From contig JANNWY010000151.1 in the NCBI GenBank assembly GCA_031409335.1, positions 1 through 18,754 on the forward strand: a stretch of DNA of 18,754 nt, read 5' to 3'. The position numbers and the translations under genes were made by a program. Source of the stretch: Chthoniobacteraceae bacterium (GTDB lineage: Bacteria > Verrucomicrobiota > Verrucomicrobiia > Chthoniobacterales > Chthoniobacteraceae). A model generated the notes under the pieces. That model was given only the letters and a program-made list of their open reading frames with translations, was not told the DNA's origin and made no database searches. This document shows, piece by piece, positions 1 to 8,787 of the stretch (position 1 is its first letter; every line of letters starts with the position of its first letter).

Positions 1-825
1 TACGTGTCCGCGCTCGAACACGGCATCGCGCGGCTCAAGACGCTGCCGCTCTCCATTCGGCTCGTGCGTGAGTTGCACGAAAAGCTCATGACCGGCGTGC
101 GCGGCGACCACGCCACACCCGGCGAACTGCGGCGCTCACAGAACTGGATCGGCCCGCCCGGCTCCACGCTGGCGCAGGCGACCTATGTTCCGCCACCGCA
201 CGAGGACATGCCCAATGACTTGGGCGCGTGGGAAAAGTTCCTGCACGACGAAACCCTGCCGCCGCTGGTCCAGACCGCGCTGATGCACTACCAGTTTGAG
301 GCGATCCATCCGTTCCTCGACGGCAACGGCCGCGTCGGACGCCTGCTCATCACGCTGCTGCTCATGCAGCGCGGTGTGCTGCCTTTGCCGCTGCTTTACC
401 TGAGTGCATTCTTCGAGGCGACGCGCCGCGACTACTACGACGGCCTGCGCGCCGTCACTGAGCGCAGCGCGTGGGAAGACTGGCTGCTGTATTTCCTCAA
501 CGGCGTCGCGCGGCAAAGCGAAGACGCGCTCAGCCGGGCGGAGCGCATTAACCAGCAACTCGACCAATGGCGGGAGCGCGTGAGCCGCACCGGATCAGGC
601 GTCGCGCTGCGGTTGCTCGACCTGCTCGGCACCAATCCGTTCATCACTGTGCGCAAGGCCGAGGCCCAACTCGGCGTCGCCTACAACACTTCCGCAGCGG
701 CACTTGGTCGTCTCGTTAAGCTACGGATCGTGAAACAGATCGGCGAGGCCCGCCGCGACCGCGTATTCTGCGCGCAGGCGTTGCTGGACATCCTCGAAGA
801 GCCGCCCCGTTTGCGTCCGGGTTAG
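1..825 (+). CDS. Fic family protein with C-terminal HTH-like region (5' end outside window)
   Basis: Canonical Fic motif HPFLDGNGRVGR at 307-342. The typical RRSQNWIG and HYQFEAIHPF segments are present. The frame is open from base 1 and ends at TAG 823-825. Confidence 0.93.
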   Translation, partial: YVSALEHGIARLKTLPLSIRLVRELHEKLMTGVRGDHATPGELRRSQNWIGPPGSTLAQATYVPPPHEDMPNDLGAWEKFLHDETLPPLVQTALMHYQFEAIHPFLDGNGRVGRLLITLLLMQRGVLPLPLLYLSAFFEATRRDYYDGLRAVTERSAWEDWLLYFLNGVARQSEDALSRAERINQQLDQWRERVSRTGSGVALRLLDLLGTNPFITVRKAEAQLGVAYNTSAAALGRLVKLRIVKQIGEARRDRVFCAQALLDILEEPPRLRPG

Positions 826-877
826 ATTATCACCGAACCAGACCTTCTCCGCCATCGGCTCAATTCCCTGAGACACT

Positions 878-899
878 ATTTGTGACAGTATTTGTCACG
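878..899. repeat. GTGACA-N5-TGTCAC inverted repeat, candidate integrase arm-type site
   Basis: ATTTGTGACAGTATTTGTCACG. The same ATTTGTGACA occurs at 16245, at the same 51-bp offset from the att-like core. Confidence 0.55.
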
Positions 900-928
900 A
901 TTTAAGTATTTGAATGTGAGTTACTTAA

Positions 929-953
929 AGTTGAGGCGAGGGGAGTTTAACCC
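929..953 (-). repeat. att-like core, copy 1: degenerate tmRNA/tRNA-Ala 3'-end fragment
   Basis: + strand AGTTGAGGCGAGGGGAGTTTAACCC, 22/25 identical to 16296-16320. The - strand reads GGGTTAAACTCCCCTCGCCTCAACT, resembling a T-loop plus acceptor-stem 3' strand. Confidence 0.75.
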
Positions 954-1044
954 GCTCGAACCGATGCAAACCGGGCTATTTGATGCGGTGCATCAGAGTA
1001 AATTGATTTTGGTCGTCATCCAGTGCGGTTTGGTTGGGCGGTTT

Positions 1045-1062
1045 TTGTCACAGATTGTCACA
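1045..1062 (+). repeat. Tandem TTGTCACA direct repeat (10-bp period), candidate arm-type or regulator site
   Basis: TTGTCACA-GA-TTGTCACA. Confidence 0.5.
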
Positions 1063-1363
1063 CGCTTCCCGGCGGTCGAATCGCCGATGCGCGCCGGCTG
1101 CGTATGCCTGTGGATTGCGAACGGGTGATGCAGGCTATGAAGCGCCCGAGACCGATTGAACCGCAGAAGGTTCGCGGAGTTGTTCCGGGCGTCGCGTCGC
1201 CGCCGCCGGTTGTCGCAAGCGCAGGCGTCCTATGCCCGCCGCGCCGCGTCACTAACGTTTTTTTTGACAACGACACGCATCGACTGCGCAATTCGCGGAT
1301 CTTCCGCAATTGAAGGCGCACGCATCGCCTTACCCGAAGCGCGGACGTGTGTCGCTCTGGGGC

Positions 1364-1379
1364 TGGCCCCACTTTTGCA
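1364..1379 (+). promoter_or_regulatory. Candidate sigma-54 (-24/-12) promoter of the + operon
   Basis: TGGCCCCACTTTTGCA fits TGGC-N7-TTGCW with exact GG-N10-GC spacing, about 100 bp upstream of the 1479 start. Confidence 0.6.
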
Positions 1380-1478
1380 AAACTTGACCCACACAACCTG
1401 TGTGCTACCTAGCACGGCGCTGGTTCGGAGCCTGGCCGAGAGCCGGCTTCCACGATTTCACAGCGGCCCACCGACGAC

Positions 1479-3782
1479 TTGCAGACACATCAGCACTTAA
1501 CGCTATTTGGAATACGGGGGGCTCTTTGGTGCGTGCTTGGAGCAGCCGGTTTGACGGTGGCCTCCGCCGCCAGACCCATCCCGCCGGGTGGCCCGGACCC
1601 GGTGGCGGCGCGGATGTTGACTTCGACAAAGGATGCCGCGCGCCTCGCACTGGAGCGGGAAGGATTACCGCGGCTTAGTCCCGGGATCGTGACTCCCAAG
1701 ACGGATTCCGCACGCACGCCACTCGGCAAGAATTCGGCGACGAGCGAGCCGCCCATCATCGACGGGCGGCTCGACGATGCATGTTGGGCGAATGCGCCCG
1801 TCATCGACAAGTTCACGCAGGTCGAGCCGGTGGAAGGTGCGGTGCCGTCGGAACGCACCGAGGTGCGCATGCTCTACGACCGCGATTATCTGTTCATCGG
1901 TATTCGCTGCTTCGACCGCGAGCCGGCCAGGATCGTCGCCAAACAGATGCAGCGCGACGCCGACATGGACTCCGACGACACGCTCGCGCTGGTCTTCGAC
2001 ACCTTTGGGCGAAAGCGCACGGGTTACCTCTTTAAGATCACCCCTCGCGGCGCGACCCAAGATGCTCTCCTGGAAGCCGATGGCGCCCAGAAAACAGAAT
2101 GGGACACGGTCTGGACTGGCCGCAGCGGCATCGATGAGACCGGCTGGACGGCGGAGATTGCGATTCCGTTTAAGAGCCTCGCCTTCGATCCGCATTTGAA
2201 TGTCTGGGGATTCAACGTCGAGCGAGTCATCCGCCGGAGACAGGAGACCGTGCGTTGGGCGGCGCCTTTCCAGAATAAAAACGTGACGTCACTCGCCGAC
2301 TTGGGCGAGTTGCGCGATCTCTCCGGGATGCGGAAGGGACTCGGGTTGGAATTCAAGCCATTCGCCGTGCTGCGCTATGCGGAGCGCAGCGACGGGAAGA
2401 ACCAAGGACTCGAGTTTGAGCCCGGCTTCGACCTCTTCTACAGCATCACGCCATCGCTCACGGCAGCGCTGACCGTGAACACCGACTTCGCCGAGGCGGA
2501 CGTGGACAAGCGGCAGGTGAATCTCACGCGCTTTCCGCTCTTCTTCCCGGAGAAGCGCGACTTCTTTCTCCAGGACGCGAACCTCTTCAGCTTCGGCGCT
2601 TACAAGGGGCCGCTGGCGTTCCACTCGCGCCGCATCGGTCTCGGCCCGGCAGGGGAAACCGTCGATCTCCTGGCCGGGGGCAAACTCACGGGCCGGATCG
2701 GGAACCTCGATCTAGGTCTGCTCGATGTGCAGGTCGATGATACCGCGGGCGTGCCGTCGAAAAATCTGGCGGTCGGTCGCGCCTCTTACCGCGTGCTGGA
2801 GGAGTCGTCGATTGGCGGCATCTTCACCTACGGCGATCCGCGGAGCTCCGGCGACAACGCACTGTTCGGCGCCGACGTGAACTACCGAAACAGCCACTTG
2901 TTTAAGAACAATGCTTTCAAGGCGCAGGCATGGGTGATGAAAAGCGATGCCAGCGGAGCCGACGGACGCCAGATGGCGTTCGGCGGTTCGTTGCGCTATC
3001 CGAATGAACCGCTGGCGGCAGAGGTCTTTGCCTCACAGATCGATGCCGATTTCAACCCCGCGCTCGGCTTCATCCCACGACGCGGTATCCGTCAGTACGG
3101 AGGGAAGCTAGGCTATCGGTGGCGCCCGGGCGGTTACATCCGTTCGATGGGTGTGCAAGTGCAGCCGTTCTATGTCACGAATCTCGAGGGCGTGATCGAG
3201 ACGGAATCGGTGACCTTGCCAGGGATCGATTTTCTCAACGAAGCGGGGGATTCGCTGAACCTCGGATTCACCGTCAATCGCGAAAACTTCCGCGAAGGAT
3301 TCGAGATCAATCCGGGCGTTTTTGTTCCGGGTGGCGATTACCGGTTCAACCGCGCGTTTGCGCTGCTTTCCTCCACCTCTGCCCGACCGCTCAGTGCTTT
3401 TGCCAGCCTCGACATCGGCGAGTTCTACGACGGGAACAGCCGCGAATACGGTGCCGGGCTCGAGTGGCGGTTGAATGAGCACGTGTACCTGGCGACGGAA
3501 GCGACGCTCAGCCAGATCGAGCTTCCCGCAGGAAGCTTTGATGTCGTGGTTGGCCTTGCGCGCGTCAACTTCGCCTTCACGCCGAACCTTTCCTGGAACA
3601 CGGTGGTGCAATACGACAACGTCTCGCAAACGGCGGGTGTGAACAGCCGCCTGAAGTGGATCGTCCAGCCCGGCAGCCAGATTTTTCTCGTCTTCAACTA
3701 CGGTTTCGATGCGGAAGACGGCAGGTTCCAGACTCTCTCCACCGACATCACGACGAAGCTGGTTTGGACCTTTCGCTTTTAA
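1479..3782 (+). CDS. CBM9-like sugar-binding domain plus DUF5916-type outer-membrane beta-barrel protein
   Basis: Signal-like N-terminus; PPIIDGRLDD..W...FTQVEP..G..PSERTEVRMLYD (CBM9-like); NTDFAEADVD...NLTRFPLFFPEKRDFF (DUF5916-type); amphipathic strands ending in C-terminal F (WTFRF). The TTG start is uncertain. Confidence 0.85.
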   Translation: MQTHQHLTLFGIRGALWCVLGAAGLTVASAARPIPPGGPDPVAARMLTSTKDAARLALEREGLPRLSPGIVTPKTDSARTPLGKNSATSEPPIIDGRLDDACWANAPVIDKFTQVEPVEGAVPSERTEVRMLYDRDYLFIGIRCFDREPARIVAKQMQRDADMDSDDTLALVFDTFGRKRTGYLFKITPRGATQDALLEADGAQKTEWDTVWTGRSGIDETGWTAEIAIPFKSLAFDPHLNVWGFNVERVIRRRQETVRWAAPFQNKNVTSLADLGELRDLSGMRKGLGLEFKPFAVLRYAERSDGKNQGLEFEPGFDLFYSITPSLTAALTVNTDFAEADVDKRQVNLTRFPLFFPEKRDFFLQDANLFSFGAYKGPLAFHSRRIGLGPAGETVDLLAGGKLTGRIGNLDLGLLDVQVDDTAGVPSKNLAVGRASYRVLEESSIGGIFTYGDPRSSGDNALFGADVNYRNSHLFKNNAFKAQAWVMKSDASGADGRQMAFGGSLRYPNEPLAAEVFASQIDADFNPALGFIPRRGIRQYGGKLGYRWRPGGYIRSMGVQVQPFYVTNLEGVIETESVTLPGIDFLNEAGDSLNLGFTVNRENFREGFEINPGVFVPGGDYRFNRAFALLSSTSARPLSAFASLDIGEFYDGNSREYGAGLEWRLNEHVYLATEATLSQIELPAGSFDVVVGLARVNFAFTPNLSWNTVVQYDNVSQTAGVNSRLKWIVQPGSQIFLVFNYGFDAEDGRFQTLSTDITTKLVWTFRF

Positions 3783-3803
3783 CCAAGTGCCCGTATTGCG
3801 CCC

Positions 3804-4985
3804 GTGAGAATTGCCCTCGTTTCCCAGGAATATCCGCCTGAAACAGCCAAGGGCGGGCTCGGGACGCAGACGAATCTGAAAGCGCATGGACTGGCCGCGC
3901 GCGGGCACGAGGTTCACGTGGTTTCGCAAACGGCCGGACCTGCACTTCAGCACACCCGCGATGGCGATGTACAGGTGATTCGCACGCCGGGCTTTTACCC
4001 ACGCATGCCGATCTGGACTGAGCCCGCGGGCTGGCTGACCTACAGCGCGGAAGTCGCCGCGGTGCTCGCGCAGCTCCATGCCGAAAGCCCGCTCGACCTC
4101 ATCGACTTTCCCGAGTGGGCGGCGGAAGGCTATGTGCATCTGCTCAACCGAGCGGAAGGGAATCACATTCCGAGCGTCATCCATTTGCACGGGCCGCTCG
4201 TCATGTTCGCCCATGCCATGGGGTGGCCGGAAATCGATTCGGAGTTCTATCGGATCGGCACCGAGATGGAGAGGACGTGCCTGCGGCTCGCCGACGCCGT
4301 TTTCTCATCCAGCCAATGTTCGATCGATTGGTGCCGCCGTTATTACGACCTCCGCCACGAGGAGGTGCCGGTGATTCACACCGGCGTCGATACCTCGCTT
4401 TTCTCGCCACGGCCCGTCCCGAAAGAATCGCGGCCGACCGTGATTTTTGTCGGCCGCATCGCGCGCAATAAAGGCGTCGAGACGCTCGTCGCGGCATGCT
4501 GCCGGTTGGCTCGCGAGTTCCCCGATCTTCAGCTTCGGATGCTCGGCAACGGAGAGGAGGGCTTGCTCGCGGAACTCCGGCGTTTGGCTACCACCTCGGG
4601 TTGCTCCACGCTTCTCGACTTCGCAGGCTTCGCGCGAACGGAAGAGCTTCCCGAGCAACTTTCGCGGGCACACGTCTTCGCGGCGCCGTCAGTTTACGAA
4701 GGCGGACCCGGCTTCGTTTACCTCGAGGCAATGGCCTGCGGTGTGCCGGCGATCGGTTGTGAAGGGAGCGGCGTCAGTGAGATTATCACGCACGACCGCA
4801 CCGGTGTCCTCGTGCCGCCCAGGGATGTCGATGCGCTGGCCGAAGCGCTGCGCGACTTGCTGAGCGATCCGGAAAAACGTGCGGCGATCGGCCGCGCCGC
4901 TCGCGAATTCGTTCTCACCTACGCCGAGCGGGAGGACTGCCTGAACCGGCTCGAAGCATTCTATCGACGAGTCGCCGTGAAATGA
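3804..4985 (+). CDS. Glycosyltransferase family 4 (GT-B)
   Basis: RIALVSQEYPP..GG N-terminus, FVGRIARNKG, and the YEGGPGFVYLEAMACG motif. Confidence 0.92.
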   Translation: MRIALVSQEYPPETAKGGLGTQTNLKAHGLAARGHEVHVVSQTAGPALQHTRDGDVQVIRTPGFYPRMPIWTEPAGWLTYSAEVAAVLAQLHAESPLDLIDFPEWAAEGYVHLLNRAEGNHIPSVIHLHGPLVMFAHAMGWPEIDSEFYRIGTEMERTCLRLADAVFSSSQCSIDWCRRYYDLRHEEVPVIHTGVDTSLFSPRPVPKESRPTVIFVGRIARNKGVETLVAACCRLAREFPDLQLRMLGNGEEGLLAELRRLATTSGCSTLLDFAGFARTEELPEQLSRAHVFAAPSVYEGGPGFVYLEAMACGVPAIGCEGSGVSEIITHDRTGVLVPPRDVDALAEALRDLLSDPEKRAAIGRAAREFVLTYAEREDCLNRLEAFYRRVAVK

Positions 4986-6004
4986 ATTCGCCGACGATCA
5001 ACATCGAGGTGCTGACTGGCTTCGAGGACCCGCGCTGCCGACCGGAGGTTTGGAACGCCCTCGTGGCTCGCGGCGGCACCGACGCGATCTTCCTCACCTG
5101 GGAATGGCAGAAAGCCTGGTGGGATTCCTTCGAGCGTCGCGGGCTGCTGCTGCTCGGAGCTGAACGAAACGGCGAACTCCTCGCGATCGCGCCGTTCTTC
5201 GCTGAAGAAGGGATGATCTACTTCGTAGGATCGGGAGGATCGGATTACCTCGATTTCGTGGGCGAAATCCGTGATCCGGAAGTGCTCGATGGGCTTCTCC
5301 TCGGCGCGCGAAACGCCGTGCCGGATTTCAACGGGTTTCGGCTCTATCATCTGCCGGACAAATCGCCGACCGGCGACCTGCTCCGCGCGTCTGCTTCCCG
5401 ACTCGGTCTCCTCTTGCGCGAAGAGGGAGTCCAACCCGCGCCGGCGACTCAGCTCGGCGTGGACAGCGCAGCCGATCGCGCGCTGACGCAAAAGAAGAGC
5501 CTGCTCCGGCACGAGGCCTACTTTCGTCGATCCGGATCGCTGGAAGTGCTGCACCATTCCACGACGGAAGAGATCGAACCGCACCTCGATGCCTTCTTCC
5601 AGCAACACATCGCGCGGTGGAGCGCAACGCCGCATCCAAGTCTGTTCCACGACGCCCGCCAGCAGCGCTTTTATCGCACGCTGACGCAGTATGCTTCGAC
5701 TGGCGGCTGGCTCAGGTTCACGCGCGTCGAATCGAATGACCGCCCGATCGCGTTTCATTTCGGCTTCGCCTATCATGGCGTCTTCATGTGGTACAAACCT
5801 ACCTTCGCCATCGAACTCGCGCGGCATTCGCCGGGGGAAGTGCTGCTTCGCCAGTTGCTCCTGCGCGCAATTGAGGAAAGCGCGCACACCTTTGACTTCG
5901 GGCTCGGCGACGAGCCGTTCAAACAGCGGTTTGCAACCCACACGCAAACCGTTCGCGACTTTGGCCTATATCCAGCCGACGCTCCCATTCCAGCACCGTG
6001 GTAA
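4982..6004 (+). CDS. GNAT family acyltransferase (CelD/BcsL-like)
   Basis: FLTWEWQKAWW, SDYLDF, SPGEVLL, FDFGLGDEPFK motifs. ATGA overlap with the GT4 stop codon. Confidence 0.85.
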   Translation: MNSPTINIEVLTGFEDPRCRPEVWNALVARGGTDAIFLTWEWQKAWWDSFERRGLLLLGAERNGELLAIAPFFAEEGMIYFVGSGGSDYLDFVGEIRDPEVLDGLLLGARNAVPDFNGFRLYHLPDKSPTGDLLRASASRLGLLLREEGVQPAPATQLGVDSAADRALTQKKSLLRHEAYFRRSGSLEVLHHSTTEEIEPHLDAFFQQHIARWSATPHPSLFHDARQQRFYRTLTQYASTGGWLRFTRVESNDRPIAFHFGFAYHGVFMWYKPTFAIELARHSPGEVLLRQLLLRAIEESAHTFDFGLGDEPFKQRFATHTQTVRDFGLYPADAPIPAPW

Positions 6005-6018
6005 ACCGACCACCGCAG

Positions 6019-6654
6019 ATGAAACGCGTTCTTGTTCTCAGCCCCCATCCCGACGATGAAGCCATCGGCCTCGGCGGCACACTGCGGCGGCATATCGTGC
6101 AAGGCGATCACGTCGAAGTTATATTTCTCACCTCGGGGGAGAAAGGGAGCCGCTCGCAATCGCCTGAGGAACTCGGACCGATTCGCGAACGCGAAGCGGA
6201 AGCTGCTGCGAAGATTCTTGGGTGCCAACAGATTGAGTTCTGGCGACAGCCGGACGGATCTCTTGACGCGAATGATGAGCTTATTGCGCGACTCGTGAGC
6301 AAACTCAACGAAATCCAGCGGGACATTGTATATGTTCCGCACGAGGGGGAAATGCACCCCGATCACCGCGCTGCTGCCCAGCTCGTCGCCCGGGCGGTCG
6401 CATCGCTGAACCAACATGCACCGAGCGTGCTCATGTACGAAGTCTGGACGCCATTACAGCAGATCGACCACGTCGAAGACATCTCCTCGCAGATCGATGC
6501 TAAGTTGAACGCAATTCGCGCTCACAAGAGCCAGTGCGACATCATGGACTTCGTCGAGGCGATCCGTGGGCTAAACCGCTACCGCGGTGAAATGCACAGT
6601 TGGCCCGGCGGGCCCTATGCGGAGGTGTTCCAGCACATGTCGCTCGAAAGATAG
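6019..6654 (+). CDS. PIG-L/LmbE family deacetylase
   Basis: PHPDDE and HPDH metal-binding motifs, TSGEKG, R..E. ATG at 6019; alternative GTG at 5998. Confidence 0.92.
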   Translation: MKRVLVLSPHPDDEAIGLGGTLRRHIVQGDHVEVIFLTSGEKGSRSQSPEELGPIREREAEAAAKILGCQQIEFWRQPDGSLDANDELIARLVSKLNEIQRDIVYVPHEGEMHPDHRAAAQLVARAVASLNQHAPSVLMYEVWTPLQQIDHVEDISSQIDAKLNAIRAHKSQCDIMDFVEAIRGLNRYRGEMHSWPGGPYAEVFQHMSLER

Positions 6655-6663
6655 GGCACCCGT

Positions 6664-7860
6664 GTGATCCTCCCCACTAATGCGAATGAGCCAACACCAA
6701 AGAATTATATGATCCTATCAGACATTGAAGTGAGGCAGCACTCAAATGAGTGCGAGTTAACGGCACAGCTAACGTGCGACACGAGCTGGATTCTTGACGA
6801 TCGACCATTCCAGCTTTGGTATCGGTTTCCCGCAGACAATTATGATTTCCTGGATCCCCAAAATGCCGATCCCTATGTTGCCGCTCTGTTAGCGCCGGCA
6901 ATGTGTCTGGGCGAGCCGCTCAAAATCGAAGGCAAAGTCTCTCCGACACTTCTGCGGGCGACCAAACAGATCCAGGAGATTTACCGCTGTTGGAAGCCAG
7001 CACTCAAGCTAGTAGAGGTGGACGTGGAGATCGAAACCGCACGGCGGGCAGACGCGAAGACCGGACCAGGACGTAACGGCCTGTTCTTCTCGCTAGGTGT
7101 AGACTCCGGCTACAGCCTCGCTAAGAACCTTCGCGAGCATTCAGCCGACGAAGAAACCGTAACCGATCTTGTGACCGTCCTCGGATTTGATGTTTACCTC
7201 ACGGAACGACAGCGTTTTGTCGCGATGCTGGAAAACGCCACAAAGGTTGGTTCAGGCTTGGGAAAGAGCATCCTGCCGGTGAGCACGAACCTGCGCGATT
7301 TCACGGATAAGATTGCAGACTGGGTGCAACTTTACCATGGCGCGGCCCTTGCCAGCGTGGCACTGGCGCTTGGCGAGAGGTTTCGTCACATGCTGATCGC
7401 GGCGACCCACACCTACGCCGACCTGCTTCCCCTCGGATCCCACCCCGTGCTCGATCCGCTGTGGTCCACCGAGACGCTTTCGTTTTCACACGACGGATGT
7501 GAGGCCAATCGGCTCAGCAAGATGCGTGGCATTGCAGAAGTTCCCGGTCTGCTGACCACGCTCAGGGTATGCGCTACCGGCGAGACGACTGACGCTTACA
7601 ACTGCGGGCAATGTCCCAAGTGTCTTATGACCATGATCGGTCTGCACATCGTGGGAGCGCTTGAGAAATGCACCACCTTGCCGAAGGAGATCGATCTCGA
7701 TCGCGTCCGCAACATCCCGATAAAAAACACGACGCAAAGAGTCTATCTCCAGCAACTCGCTGACGCGCTGGGATCGGCACGAGATGACCTCGCAATCAAA
7801 GAAGCTCTCGAACACTGCCTGCATCGATCAGCCGGAAAAGCACCCGCTCGAACGGACTGA
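6664..7860 (+). CDS. Uncharacterised PP-loop (adenine nucleotide alpha-hydrolase-like) protein with Cys cluster, paralog 1
   Basis: FFSLGVDS (7090-7107 for SLGVDS), YHG, GSHP, RVC...NCGQCPKC (7603-7623). Alternative ATG at 6709. Confidence 0.7.
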   Translation: MILPTNANEPTPKNYMILSDIEVRQHSNECELTAQLTCDTSWILDDRPFQLWYRFPADNYDFLDPQNADPYVAALLAPAMCLGEPLKIEGKVSPTLLRATKQIQEIYRCWKPALKLVEVDVEIETARRADAKTGPGRNGLFFSLGVDSGYSLAKNLREHSADEETVTDLVTVLGFDVYLTERQRFVAMLENATKVGSGLGKSILPVSTNLRDFTDKIADWVQLYHGAALASVALALGERFRHMLIAATHTYADLLPLGSHPVLDPLWSTETLSFSHDGCEANRLSKMRGIAEVPGLLTTLRVCATGETTDAYNCGQCPKCLMTMIGLHIVGALEKCTTLPKEIDLDRVRNIPIKNTTQRVYLQQLADALGSARDDLAIKEALEHCLHRSAGKAPARTD

Positions 7861-7890
7861 CGCGAACCCCGCAGCGACCGATTTTTTTCT

Positions 7891-8787
7891 GTGATCCACC
7901 ACGTCTTCGCGAACAAGTCTAACATCGGCGACTGGCTCTCTGCGCGCGCGATTCAGAGGCTGCTCGGTCGAGAGCCGGTCTCGGAATATCTTTGTGATGA
8001 ACCATTCGTTCCAGAGACGCTCGCGCGCTTGCGGCAGGCCGGGCCTGGCGATCTGATCATCATTGGCGGCGGCGGGCTGTTCATGGACTACTTCGCGGAG
8101 TTCTGGGAACGGTTTCGCGTCATTGCGGAGCGCGTGCCGTTTGCAATCTGGGGCGTCGGCTGCTGCGACATGAAGCGGCAGAATACCCGGCTGCCCGCGG
8201 CGTTGCTGGAGGAGATCGTGAGCCAGAGCAGGTTGTGTGTCGTCCGCGACGAACTTACTCGCGCCGCATTATCCGGCTGCACACTTCCGCCGCCGGTCGC
8301 GTGTCCGACGATGAGCCTGGTCGAGCCGGCGGCGCCGGGCGCGGGCTTGCTGCACGTCGATGCATTCGATAATGTCGGAGAAGCTAACTACGAGGCGATG
8401 GAGGCTTTTGGGGAAGAGTTCGCCGCCGCGACCGGACGCTCGTTTCACTCAATCAACAACCTCATCCCGGCCGGGAGTGAAAAGAGCCTTAGCACCGTAC
8501 TGGCGCGTTATGAACACGCCGACTTGATCCTTGCTGGCAGACTGCACGGCTGCATCATCGGCCTCGCGATGGGCCGCAAAGTCCTGGCTGTCTCCGGCGA
8601 CCACAAAGTCGAGTCGTTCATGCAAGCCGCCGGGCTGAGCGACTGGGTGCTGGATCTTTCCGAAGTCGGCTCCGTCCCCCAGAGACTGCGCGATCTTGCG
8701 GGCCAGCCAAACCCGGCTGAGTTCATCGCTCGCACAAGAGCTCAGCATCAGCAGATCGCAGCTCAGCTTCGATCGTGGCTGCCGTGA
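7891..8787 (+). CDS. Polysaccharide pyruvyl transferase family protein
   Basis: NIGD, IIGGGGLF, WGVG, VVRD and GRLHG motifs. Confidence 0.85.
   Translation: MIHHVFANKSNIGDWLSARAIQRLLGREPVSEYLCDEPFVPETLARLRQAGPGDLIIIGGGGLFMDYFAEFWERFRVIAERVPFAIWGVGCCDMKRQNTRLPAALLEEIVSQSRLCVVRDELTRAALSGCTLPPPVACPTMSLVEPAAPGAGLLHVDAFDNVGEANYEAMEAFGEEFAAATGRSFHSINNLIPAGSEKSLSTVLARYEHADLILAGRLHGCIIGLAMGRKVLAVSGDHKVESFMQAAGLSDWVLDLSEVGSVPQRLRDLAGQPNPAEFIARTRAQHQQIAAQLRSWLP

Noticed and set aside
881..899. CRP/FNR site
   Set aside because: The TGTGA...TCAC spacing is 9 nt here (8 nt at 16248), not 6.
1258..1292. T8 run and TTGACA as terminator or sigma-70 promoter
   Set aside because: No convincing stem precedes the T run, and there is no good -10 box at 16-18 bp spacing.
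892..1678. Short ORFs between the Fic and barrel genes
   Set aside because: No recognisable motifs, mutually overlapping, and they cross the att-like and promoter elements.
3108..5947. Long antisense ORFs (3108-4214, 4961-5947; likewise 10119-11009 and 11726-12481)
   Set aside because: They are shadows of well-supported genes in GC-rich DNA and have no motifs.
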